DNA of 64,000 nt, from the sequence record MK295204; one strand, given 5' to 3'. The stretch is from Shigella phage vB_SdyM_006. The position numbers were made by a program, and so were the translations under genes. Below, one piece after another: positions 1 through 8,133 of the stretch. Positions within the stretch are counted from its first letter, which is position 1. Each line of letters begins with the position of its first letter. The notes under the pieces were generated by a model. The model had not been told where the DNA came from, made no database searches, and worked only from the letters and a program-made list of their open reading frames with translations.

Positions 1-1244
1 CATTCCCTAATATGATCGGGTTTGATATCGCTGGTGTTCAGCCAATGAATGGACCAACTGGTCAGTACTTCTCATTACGTTCTATTTACGGTGAAGATCC
101 ACTGGCTAAAGATGCTAAAGAAGCATTCCATCCTATGTTTGCACCAGATGCAATGTACGGTGGTCGTGGTTCTCACGAAGTATTCGAAAAAATCGAAGCT
201 TCAAAATCATTAACCGAAGGTAAAGTTTACACATTTGAATTTGCCGAAACTGGTACTGCACATTTACAAGCTGTAGAAGCTGTTACTATTGCAGGTACAG
301 ATGTAGAAGTAGATGTTCTTAAGAATATTGAAGCTGGTAAATTAGTAGAAATCGCAGAAGCAATGGCAACAAGTATTGCGGAACTGCAACAAAGCTTTAA
401 TAAGTCTAAAGACAATCCATGGGATGAAATGACTTTCCGTATCGACAAACAAGTTGTTGAAGCGAAATCAAAACAACTTAAAGCAAGTTATTCTATCGAA
501 CTGGCACAAGATTTACGTGCAGTACATGGTATGGATGCTGATGCTGAGTTGAGTTCTATCCTGGCTACAGAAATTCTGTTAGAAATGAACCGTGAATTAG
601 TTAACTGGATTAACTATACTGCTCAACCTGGTAAAACTGGTATGACATTAACCATGGGTTCAAAAGCAGGTGTATTTGACTTCCAAGACCCAATCGATAC
701 ACGTGGTGCAAGATGGGCTGGTGAAAGCTTCAAATCTCTGTTATACCAAATCGATAAAGAAGCTGCAGAAATTGCACGTCAAACTGGTCGTGGTGCTGGT
801 AACTTCTTGATTGCTTCACGTAACGTTGTTAATATCTTAGCTTCTGTTGATGTTAACGTTACTCCAGCTGCTCAAGGTTTAGCACGTGGTCTGAATACAG
901 ATACAACTAAAGCAGTATTTGCCGGTGTTCTTGGTGGTAAATACAAAGTTTATATTGACCAATACGCTCGTCAAGATTACTTCACTGTTGGTTATAAAGG
1001 TGCTAACGAAATGGATGCAGGTATCTACTACTGTCCATACGTTGCATTAACACCATTACGTGGTAGCGATCCTAAGAACTTCCAACCAGTAATGGGCTTC
1101 AAAACTCGTTACGGTATTGGTATTAACCCATTTGCTGATTCTCGTTCACAAGCTCCAACAGACAGAATCACTTCTGGTATGCCTTCTTTAGATTCAATCG
1201 GTAAGAATGCTTACTTCCGCCGTGTGTGGGTTAAAGGTGCATAA
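1..1244 (+). CDS. 23: major capsid protein gp23, 3' portion (gene starts upstream of window)
   Basis: Frame is open from window edge; C-terminal region matches T4 gp23 as recalled; hairpin terminator follows. Confidence 0.9.
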   Translation, partial: FPNMIGFDIAGVQPMNGPTGQYFSLRSIYGEDPLAKDAKEAFHPMFAPDAMYGGRGSHEVFEKIEASKSLTEGKVYTFEFAETGTAHLQAVEAVTIAGTDVEVDVLKNIEAGKLVEIAEAMATSIAELQQSFNKSKDNPWDEMTFRIDKQVVEAKSKQLKASYSIELAQDLRAVHGMDADAELSSILATEILLEMNRELVNWINYTAQPGKTGMTLTMGSKAGVFDFQDPIDTRGARWAGESFKSLLYQIDKEAAEIARQTGRGAGNFLIASRNVVNILASVDVNVTPAAQGLARGLNTDTTKAVFAGVLGGKYKVYIDQYARQDYFTVGYKGANEMDAGIYYCPYVALTPLRGSDPKNFQPVMGFKTRYGIGINPFADSRSQAPTDRITSGMPSLDSIGKNAYFRRVWVKGA

Positions 1245-1257
1245 TCTTTAAGTTTAA

Positions 1258-1280
1258 AGCCCGGGAAACCGGGCTATTTT
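1258..1280 (+). terminator. intrinsic terminator after gene 23
   Basis: Stem AGCCCGG, loop GAAA, stem CCGGGCT, then ATTTT. Confidence 0.6.
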
Positions 1281-1362
1281 ATTAATATTTTATCGTAAAG
1301 TATTAATAAAATATTTTAAACTCTAACAACTAAAAAGATTTATACTTTAAGAGAGAAATAAA

Positions 1363-2613
1363 ATGACCAATAAGATTCAAAAATTATTGCGCGAATCAAG
1401 TACAACAGCCAGTTCATCTAATGGACGTCCTGATCTTGTTGGGTTAACACGCGCAACACATGATTTAATTTTTACAGATTTAATTGCAATACAGAATACA
1501 AATCAGCCAGAAGCGACTCTTTATGGTGTCAAATATTTAAATGACAATAAAGATATGAGTTTTATGACACCAGCTACATATTCTGGTGCTATAAAATCAA
1601 GAGAAAATATCGAAGAACTTGACCCATCTAAATCATATTCTAAAGATGATATGTTTAAATTTGAAGAAGTGGTTTATAAAGTCGTTAAAGATAATCCATT
1701 TACAGATTTGACGTCATTACCAAAAAATGAAGCTTTAGGCCAAGCAATTATAGATGGTTCTATTAGATTTATGTCTGAAGCGGCATTAACTGGGCATTTT
1801 GAAAAGAAAGACGTAGAAATAGCAGAAGCTTCTGTCAGATTAGATCGTTGGAATATTCCTGTAAGAACAAGAAAAATTAAAACAGAGCTCACAGTTGAAT
1901 TTGCTCAAGACTTAAATTCAAACCAGTTTGAAGCAGGTGCCGTAATTGATGACATGTTAGCTACTATTTTAGCTGAAGATGTTAATAAAGACGTTATCCA
2001 AAAAATTATGACTGTTTCTAGTCGATATAAGGTTAAAGGAATTTCTGATAAAGGAATGTTAGATTTAACCAAAACGGATGTTGCTCCTGAACAAGGACGT
2101 ACTTTATATCGTTATATTTGTGAAATGAATGCGTCTATCGAAAGAAATACAACTTATGATGGGACATATGTTTTAGCTAGTTCAAGATGTGCTGCTATTT
2201 TGTCTGCATCAGGTTGGATGGATATTAATCCTGATTATCCTTTAGCCGCTGGCACACTTAAAAATGGCTTACCTGTTTATTCTGACCCTTGGTCTCCTGT
2301 TGACTATGTAGTTGTAGGAACTAAACAAAACCTTGGTGAGCTAGAACATGTAGGTTCTTTATTCTATGCACCTTATATTGATTTTGATGGCGCAGGTGCT
2401 TATAAATTAGTTGTCGATCCAGATAGTTTACAACCTAAACTTGCTTTAATGGTCCGATATGGGTTATCAATTAATCCATATACAGTCATTGAAGTAGACG
2501 AAACACCTCAAAAAGAATCTATGTTAGTTCAAGGTGATGATTGGGACAATTTAGTTGGTAAGTCTAAAATGTCATATATTTTAGGTGTTCAATTACCTAA
2601 ACTTATAGAATAA
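1363..2613 (+). CDS. 24: head vertex protein gp24
   Basis: 416 aa paralog of gp23 directly downstream, as in T4; RBS GAGAG before ATG. Confidence 0.85.
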   Translation: MTNKIQKLLRESSTTASSSNGRPDLVGLTRATHDLIFTDLIAIQNTNQPEATLYGVKYLNDNKDMSFMTPATYSGAIKSRENIEELDPSKSYSKDDMFKFEEVVYKVVKDNPFTDLTSLPKNEALGQAIIDGSIRFMSEAALTGHFEKKDVEIAEASVRLDRWNIPVRTRKIKTELTVEFAQDLNSNQFEAGAVIDDMLATILAEDVNKDVIQKIMTVSSRYKVKGISDKGMLDLTKTDVAPEQGRTLYRYICEMNASIERNTTYDGTYVLASSRCAAILSASGWMDINPDYPLAAGTLKNGLPVYSDPWSPVDYVVVGTKQNLGELEHVGSLFYAPYIDFDGAGAYKLVVDPDSLQPKLALMVRYGLSINPYTVIEVDETPQKESMLVQGDDWDNLVGKSKMSYILGVQLPKLIE

Positions 2614-2641
2614 TTTATTTAATTTCCGGTAATTTATTACC

Positions 2642-2669
2642 TTTTTTGGGAACTTCGGTTCCCTTTTTA
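2642..2669. terminator. bidirectional intrinsic terminator between convergent genes
   Basis: TTTTTT, stem GGGAAC, loop TTCG, stem GTTCCC, TTTTT; between gp24 (+) and 2670..3233 (-). Confidence 0.65.
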
Positions 2670-3233
2670 TTAGAAAAAATCATCTAATGTAAACTCTTTA
2701 TATCCTATCATTTCTTTGAATTCGCACATCACTATTGGGTTATATAAATTATAAGTCTTTATCCCTAAATAACGTGCTAGATAAACAGCTGTTCTTGTCC
2801 CTCCAGAAACATTCCCATATTTATCCTCAGGTGCCCAAAATATAACTGAATCAACAGGATTTTCTAAAGTAGGTGTTAATATTTGCATACAATTTCTACA
2901 TTGAAGATGTTTAACAGTTTTAGAAACACTGTCTAATTTAGGATAAAATCTTCTTATAATATTAGCGGCTTTTTCTTGGATTTCGTCATTAAAGTCTGTA
3001 AATATATGAACACCATTCCCAGAATAGTGATTATTGAACCCCTGGTGAGGAATAATAACACATTTATTTTCAGATGAGTATTTCTTCATAAACAAATAAT
3101 CACTCCCAGGCGCTCCTCCTGATGTTCCTAGCACTCCTAAATTAGAAATATATTCTCCACCACTTATTAAAATATTAGATAAACGACTTGGTATTTTTCT
3201 TGACCCTATTAAAGCTACAGAATTTTTAACCAT
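2670..3233 (-). CDS. DprA/Smf-like SLOG (Rossmann-fold) protein
   Basis: Motifs IGSR, TSGGAPGSD and SGGTRTA resemble DprA/LOG-type nucleotide-binding fold; ATG with GAGGT RBS; a terminator hairpin sits immediately upstream. Confidence 0.5.
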   Translation of the reverse strand: MVKNSVALIGSRKIPSRLSNILISGGEYISNLGVLGTSGGAPGSDYLFMKKYSSENKCVIIPHQGFNNHYSGNGVHIFTDFNDEIQEKAANIIRRFYPKLDSVSKTVKHLQCRNCMQILTPTLENPVDSVIFWAPEDKYGNVSGGTRTAVYLARYLGIKTYNLYNPIVMCEFKEMIGYKEFTLDDFF

Positions 3234-3241
3234 GCTAACCT

Positions 3242-3262
3242 CAAAAAGGACCCGAAGGTCCT
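3242..3262 (-). terminator. intrinsic terminator directly upstream of the SLOG-like gene
   Basis: On minus strand: stem GGACC, loop TTCG, stem GGTCC, then TTTTT, then RBS and ATG at 3233. Confidence 0.55.
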
Positions 3263-3267
3263 TTAAT

Positions 3268-3423
3268 TTATTGTAAAGCTAAAATTAAACCCACAATAAT
3301 AAACCATAACACAAACCCAATCCATAATGGTGATAACACCCATAGCCAAGACCAAGCAATGACACCAACTAGTTTTAAAACAATAAACACAATACCTAGT
3401 ACACCCAAAAATCCAATTTTCAT
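3268..3423 (-). CDS. small hydrophobic membrane protein (51 aa), not in ORF track
   Basis: ATG 1 nt after stop of upstream gene; translation MKIGFLGVLGIVFIVLKLVGVIAWSWLWVLSPLWIGFVLWFIIVGLILALQ is almost entirely hydrophobic (about two TM helices). Confidence 0.35.
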   Translation of the reverse strand: MKIGFLGVLGIVFIVLKLVGVIAWSWLWVLSPLWIGFVLWFIIVGLILALQ

Positions 3424-3424
3424 A

Positions 3425-3670
3425 TTACCAACCTGTTATTTGTATTATATTAGAATCAAATTGGGTTCTTTTAACAGTTAACCCTTCGTTTTGTAATTTT
3501 GTAATAACTTTCTCTTGGACTCGGTATGAGATTTCACCTAGAGTCCAAGTTAAACTATCATACCCATGTTTAGATTTAAGCATTAATCGCTTTGCAATAT
3601 CATTAAACACCTGTTTAGATTCAAGCTCAACTAAGCTATCTTTAGAATCTTTTAATTTATCAATAAACAT
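3425..3670 (-). CDS. hypothetical protein (81 aa)
   Basis: ORF in leftward operon downstream of rnlB. Confidence 0.5.
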   Translation of the reverse strand: MFIDKLKDSKDSLVELESKQVFNDIAKRLMLKSKHGYDSLTWTLGEISYRVQEKVITKLQNEGLTVKRTQFDSNIIQITGW

Positions 3671-3677
3671 AATAAAC

Positions 3678-4682
3678 CTATTTTGTAATTAAATTGACCC
3701 AATCTTTTCGAATGAATTCTTGTATTTCTTTTTGAATAGATTTCTTGATTAATGCTGGGTCATCGTAATCAAGAATATCATGCCCGTCTTTTAACATATC
3801 TTTTAAAACATCCTGCATCATTAGACCTTGAACTTTGCCAAAATCTTTTGAAGATATTTCGCCAACATGGCTAATCACATTAGATAAACGTTGTGCAGTG
3901 ATATATGATGTAGAAAAATTAACCAGTTCTTGGTCGTCATTTGATAATTCTGGTGTAGGTCTAATTGTTTTTACTTTACCAGTTTCTTTGAACTTAGCAT
4001 TTTTACATTTAAAAATTACACGGCTTTTATTATTGAACTGTGTTGGAGTAATAGGTTTAAGAACATAACCTTCTGCAATATTTTCTGAACCTTCTTTTTG
4101 AGGACCAAATACGTGGGCATTTGCAGCCGGAATACCATGTTCTTTTACTATTGCATTAAATTCTGGGATTAAAGAATCAAATGAACGCTCTAAATTACTT
4201 AATTCATCAAAGTCACCAGTTAAAATAACAGGGCAGATTTTAAGATTTGTTTTAGAAGATAACATTCTTAAAAATAAAGCATCTACTAAATCACCATTAA
4301 TTAAAATATCAAATACCCAGAAATCTTTTTCTTCGTAATCTACTTCTCGTTGAATACCAGGGCCTGCATATTCGCCAAAGACTGTTAAAAGTTCTAAGTC
4401 AGGCATTGATTCTTTAACAGTATTAAACATGTCAAGAATGTTTTGTTTATAACGCTTTAAGATTAATTCGTATCCAAAAAATGCTTCAGATTCACCAATA
4501 AGATTAGTTCGTTTTGCACAAACAACATCTACACCATCACAAATAAAACTAAAATTAGTCCCATGTATTTTTTCTTGGGCAATCCAAGGAATACCTGGTG
4601 CTGTTTTTCCTTCAAAAAAGGCCTTTTCTACTAATTTAGTGTTATCAATATTTTCAATAGAATCATATTTAATAAATTGCAT
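3678..4682 (-). CDS. rnlB: RNA ligase 2
   Basis: 334 aa, same length as T4 Rnl2; nucleotidyltransferase motif EKIHGTN and co-linear similarity to T4 Rnl2. Confidence 0.9.
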   Translation of the reverse strand: MQFIKYDSIENIDNTKLVEKAFFEGKTAPGIPWIAQEKIHGTNFSFICDGVDVVCAKRTNLIGESEAFFGYELILKRYKQNILDMFNTVKESMPDLELLTVFGEYAGPGIQREVDYEEKDFWVFDILINGDLVDALFLRMLSSKTNLKICPVILTGDFDELSNLERSFDSLIPEFNAIVKEHGIPAANAHVFGPQKEGSENIAEGYVLKPITPTQFNNKSRVIFKCKNAKFKETGKVKTIRPTPELSNDDQELVNFSTSYITAQRLSNVISHVGEISSKDFGKVQGLMMQDVLKDMLKDGHDILDYDDPALIKKSIQKEIQEFIRKDWVNLITK

Positions 4683-5018
4683 TTATACCTCAAACAATCG
4701 TATTTTAAGACTAGTTGTATATTTGATTTCTAAATTATAAACTTTACCACTATAAACAACAAGAATTTTATTTGGGTTTTCTTCACACCACATTATATTA
4801 TCGTCATTAATAATGTTTAAAAATTCTAGCTCTGAATAACAAGCCCACGAGAATGATTTACTTAAAAACTCTTTTAAATCAAGCCAATCGGTTTCGTCAC
4901 AAATAGCAGGACTCATAACAGCAAGTTTGTGGGTATATGTTTCTTTATCACACCAACGAGTAAAAAACACTTCACGTTTTTCTTCTAAAGGAATAACACC
5001 AGCAGTATACCAAGACAT
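4683..5018 (-). CDS. hypothetical protein (111 aa)
   Basis: ORF; C-terminus resembles that of the next ORF. Confidence 0.5.
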   Translation of the reverse strand: MSWYTAGVIPLEEKREVFFTRWCDKETYTHKLAVMSPAICDETDWLDLKEFLSKSFSWACYSELEFLNIINDDNIMWCEENPNKILVVYSGKVYNLEIKYTTSLKIRLFEV

Positions 5019-5027
5019 AATAATTCC

Positions 5028-5312
5028 TTATTTGATTGGGATGATTCTAAATTTGTATTCACCGCCACGAGTAAATTTAACTTCTAACTGAGTTGATTCA
5101 CCAATGTAAAGAACCAAAATTGAATTTTTATTAGAACGTAACCAGTCTTGATATTCTTCAAAAGACTTGCGTAAAGATGGGATGCTATTTTTATATCGGC
5201 CTAAAATAGTCCATGAGAATTCACCACTGCCCATCCATTTAGTGGAACGGTCATATTTTAAAAGGTTTTCAATATCAATATTTAACCATGTTTTAAAGTT
5301 TTCTTTAATCAT
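5028..5312 (-). CDS. hypothetical protein (94 aa)
   Basis: ORF; C-terminal pattern ILVLYIGE..LEVKF resembles ILVVYSGK..LEIKY of 4683..5018. Confidence 0.5.
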   Translation of the reverse strand: MIKENFKTWLNIDIENLLKYDRSTKWMGSGEFSWTILGRYKNSIPSLRKSFEEYQDWLRSNKNSILVLYIGESTQLEVKFTRGGEYKFRIIPIK

Positions 5313-5500
5313 TTTCTTACCTTCATTCGTTTACGATAAACTACTTTTTCGCGAGTTTTAAATTCCTTCTGTTTTTGTTCAACTTCAATATAAACAGAAG
5401 CCATTTCTTTAGCTGTTCCACCCATTTTTCTGGCTATATCAACAAAGTGCATACCTTGTTGTTTAAGAAAGTGGATTTTTATTTTATCATGATTTGTCAT
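5309..5500 (-). CDS. small basic protein, possible helix-turn-helix
   Basis: Track ORF starts at TTG (5512); first ATG at 5500; Lys/Arg-rich C-terminus. Confidence 0.4.
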   Translation of the reverse strand: MTNHDKIKIHFLKQQGMHFVDIARKMGGTAKEMASVYIEVEQKQKEFKTREKVVYRKRMKVRK

Positions 5501-5660
5501 TATTTTCTTCAAAATCTTTACAGATATCCAAGAGTTTTTTGTTTAAAGCTTCAACAAATTCTGTAGCTGAATCAGGGTATTCGTTAAATAAATAACACAA
5601 ATACTCACTATGTATTTCATGGGCCACTTGAGAAACCATAGTCTTAAGTTCTTTATTCAT
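5487..5660 (-). CDS. hypothetical protein (57 aa from ATG with GAGG RBS)
   Basis: Track ORF extends to 5693 overlapping the macro gene; internal ATG at 5660 has RBS and removes the overlap. Confidence 0.4.
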   Translation of the reverse strand: MNKELKTMVSQVAHEIHSEYLCYLFNEYPDSATEFVEALNKKLLDICKDFEENNDKS

Positions 5661-5664
5661 ATAA

Positions 5665-6099
5665 TCACCTCTCAATAATGTGTATTCTATCATCTAAAAT
5701 ATCATTAAGCATAGGACCAATGACATCCCAATTTAAGCCACCATTAGAACACCCTGGTTTAGGCAGGAGAACTCTTTTAAAATTGTTATTAGATACTATC
5801 TCCATTAATTCTAATGCACTCTTACGTATCAGGTCTTTATCAGACTTGTTATACCAATCATGTTTAGTAGGAAATGATATTAAATTAATGTTATTATATT
5901 TCGTAAGAATTCTGCATACATGGCCGTATTGGATTAAGGATTTAGCCATGATTAAGTCTAAATTAGGAACCTTCAACGAAAAGAGACGGGCAATTCCGGC
6001 TCCCATAACAGCTCTTTTATTTTTCTTGATATTCATGTTTGTTGTAATGCAAATAGCATCACAAGGGATATCAAGAATATTTCCAGATACTATTTTCAT
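5665..6099 (-). CDS. macro-domain protein (ADP-ribose binding/hydrolase fold)
   Basis: 144 aa; N-terminal SGNILDIPCDAICITTN, glycine loop VMGAGIA, C-terminal PKPGCSNGG fit minimal macro domain. Confidence 0.75.
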   Translation of the reverse strand: MKIVSGNILDIPCDAICITTNMNIKKNKRAVMGAGIARLFSLKVPNLDLIMAKSLIQYGHVCRILTKYNNINLISFPTKHDWYNKSDKDLIRKSALELMEIVSNNNFKRVLLPKPGCSNGGLNWDVIGPMLNDILDDRIHIIER

Positions 6100-6518
6100 A
6101 AAGCTTCTTTTAAAACTTCTATAGCATGCTTAATTTCAAAAGGGATACCTTCTGATGGATGCTGGCGAATGTTATCGTCAATATGACTAAAATCCATGCC
6201 AATTACACGGACTTTATATTTTTGCTCACTATCAAATTCTGATATATTAGAACCCCAAGTGTTTGATGATGTAACTTCTTTAGTCTCAAAATAAGTACAT
6301 CCACAATGACAATATTCGTGCCAAAAATCACAGTCTTTATCAAATAAAGGGTGGTCTTCGCGAAGAGTTAAATATACCGCATAACTCCAATCCGGACGAC
6401 CATCATTAAATAAAGCTTTATAACTAGGTGGTAATCCTGTAAACCATGAAGTAACTTCAATAGCTTCGCCTTTCTTTTTATCTGCATGAACAGTGTATAC
6501 ATATTTTTGAATAGACAT
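6096..6518 (-). CDS. Cys/His-rich protein coupled to macro-domain gene
   Basis: Stop overlaps macro start (ATGA); contains CDFWHEYCHCGC cluster; no family recognised. Confidence 0.55.
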   Translation of the reverse strand: MSIQKYVYTVHADKKKGEAIEVTSWFTGLPPSYKALFNDGRPDWSYAVYLTLREDHPLFDKDCDFWHEYCHCGCTYFETKEVTSSNTWGSNISEFDSEQKYKVRVIGMDFSHIDDNIRQHPSEGIPFEIKHAIEVLKEAL

Positions 6519-6716
6519 TTATTTTACCTCAATAATAGTGAGTTCAGTATCTTCTGTCAAATCACAAAAGTCAAAAGCCAATGCAGCAATACCTGGGTAT
6601 TCTGATTCGTCAATAATACATTCAGTATTATTATTTTTGATGTCTAAGGCTAATTGATAATTAGACGTAGTAAATCCAAGTTCAAGTTCTTCGCACCATA
6701 CGGTATACTTTTTCAT
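6519..6716 (-). CDS. small protein, tandem paralog A (65 aa)
   Basis: Begins MKKYTVWCEE, ends TIIEVK; paralog of adjacent gene. Confidence 0.55.
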   Translation of the reverse strand: MKKYTVWCEELELGFTTSNYQLALDIKNNNTECIIDESEYPGIAALAFDFCDLTEDTELTIIEVK

Positions 6717-6911
6717 TTATTTTACCTCAATGAGTTCACAATCGTATAAACAACTACACAGTTCACAAAAAGAATAAGCCGATGCATATGAATCAGTGTC
6801 TATCCAAAACCCAAGATTATCAATAGCACCTTTACGAACTTCATAAGCAAGTTGATAATCAACTGTTTCAAATCCAATTTTCTTTTCTTCGCACCATACT
6901 ATATATTTCAT
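6717..6911 (-). CDS. small protein, tandem paralog B (64 aa)
   Basis: Begins MKYIVWCEE, ends ELIEVK; abuts paralog A. Confidence 0.55.
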   Translation of the reverse strand: MKYIVWCEEKKIGFETVDYQLAYEVRKGAIDNLGFWIDTDSYASAYSFCELCSCLYDCELIEVK

Positions 6912-7756
6912 GAGTATTCCTTGTCATAATAAGAATCTGGAGTAAAAATATTTAACATATTTGTAGAATTATCAATAGTAATAATATTTTCCTGTTCAAC
7001 TTCAGGTGTATAATATTTTAAAAACTCTTCTTTAACGTATTTTACTGGATCACTTTTATAATCGTCAGTAGAAATATCAAATAATTCAATTGTATACGTA
7101 TCAAGCCATTTTTCAGAACATGTTAATCGTCCACATAATAATCCATCATAAACGATAGCATATTCAATATGGCCCCATTTATATGAGCTATCAGCGTCGT
7201 GTCTGATTAGATAAAACTTAATATCAGAATTCTCACAATCATCACTAATATTGTCACGAACATCGTATTCATTGAGCTCGGTCAATTCACTTAAAGCATT
7301 AATAAACAGGTTTTTATATTGAGGGCCAGTTACTAACTTATCTTCTGTTAGTTCTTTCTCAATAAATTCTTTTAAAGTTAAAACTGGCAATTCATACTTA
7401 GGAAATAATGCAGTTTCAGTAATAGTGCCGATATTCAATTCGGCCAATTTCTTAATAACAGAATCTTCAGCTTTATCAGAATCAGTCCAAATATGAAGAA
7501 CTTTAAAATTATGATTATTCCAAATTTTTTGTGGGTCAACATCAATCACATCTTGGGTTTTAGACAAAAACATTAAAAGGTAATCAGAATCATTCCACCC
7601 TACTGGGTTTTCGTATTTTTGAATGACTAGATATTGGAAATCAGTCATTAATGCATTATATCTTTCTTTAGAAGCTAAAGAAGTAGAATCCATAGATGAA
7701 GAAAAAGCTTCAATAACACTAGCTGGGTTTTTAATTAACATTTTGAATAGTCCCAT
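6908..7756 (-). CDS. hypothetical protein (282 aa)
   Basis: ORF with ATG; ATGA overlap with downstream gene. Confidence 0.55.
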   Translation of the reverse strand: MGLFKMLIKNPASVIEAFSSSMDSTSLASKERYNALMTDFQYLVIQKYENPVGWNDSDYLLMFLSKTQDVIDVDPQKIWNNHNFKVLHIWTDSDKAEDSVIKKLAELNIGTITETALFPKYELPVLTLKEFIEKELTEDKLVTGPQYKNLFINALSELTELNEYDVRDNISDDCENSDIKFYLIRHDADSSYKWGHIEYAIVYDGLLCGRLTCSEKWLDTYTIELFDISTDDYKSDPVKYVKEEFLKYYTPEVEQENIITIDNSTNMLNIFTPDSYYDKEYS

Positions 7757-7977
7757 GTGATTTTAACACGATCATGATATATTACTCTATCATGGCTTTT
7801 TGAAACTGTAAATCCTTTTTCTTTAAGAATTTCAATCAACGCATCTTTAATGGCTTCATTTTCTGGAAGCTTTGCGTAATGCTCTGTACTATCATGCAAA
7901 GCCAGTTGGCAAATATCATTTAACACAATAGCTAAATTGTGTTCAACAACAGTATTTTTAAGATCAGATAAATTCAT
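7735..7977 (-). CDS. hypothetical protein (80 aa), first gene of leftward accessory operon
   Basis: ORF with ATG; candidate GTTTAC promoter upstream. Confidence 0.5.
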   Translation of the reverse strand: MNLSDLKNTVVEHNLAIVLNDICQLALHDSTEHYAKLPENEAIKDALIEILKEKGFTVSKSHDRVIYHDRVKITWDYSKC

Positions 7978-8010
7978 ATTATTCTCACAGTTGCGAATTG
8001 ATGATGTGTA

Positions 8011-8039
8011 TACTATATTATAAAATAGTGTTTGTAAAC
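8011..8039 (-). promoter_or_regulatory. candidate early promoter for leftward accessory operon
   Basis: Minus strand GTTTAC, 16 nt spacer, TATAGT. Confidence 0.35.
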
Positions 8040-8062
8040 ATCTAAAATAATTTAAAATAAAT

Positions 8063-8091
8063 GTTTACTTTTGCTGTCATTATGATATTAT
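8063..8091 (+). promoter_or_regulatory. T4-type early promoter, copy 1 of repeated promoter/5'UTR cassette
   Basis: GTTTAC (8063-8068), 17 nt, TATTAT (8086-8091); followed by conserved leader ending GGAGTATATTATG. Confidence 0.6.
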
Positions 8092-8133
8092 ATACATATT
8101 GAAACGAAACATGAAAAACAAATGGAGTATATT

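Noticed and set aside
227-448. Short ORFs antisense to or nested in large genes (also 1674..1892, 3835..4068, 8611..8913, 9280..9477, 11585..11950, 17171..17371, 20622..20855, 21660..22142, 24278..24520, 25004..25213, 32757..33084, 50201..50990, 52098..52328, 53314..53637, 60326..60538)
   Set aside because: Fully embedded in well-supported genes on the other strand or frame, low-complexity translations, no RBS; typical chance ORFs in AT-rich DNA.
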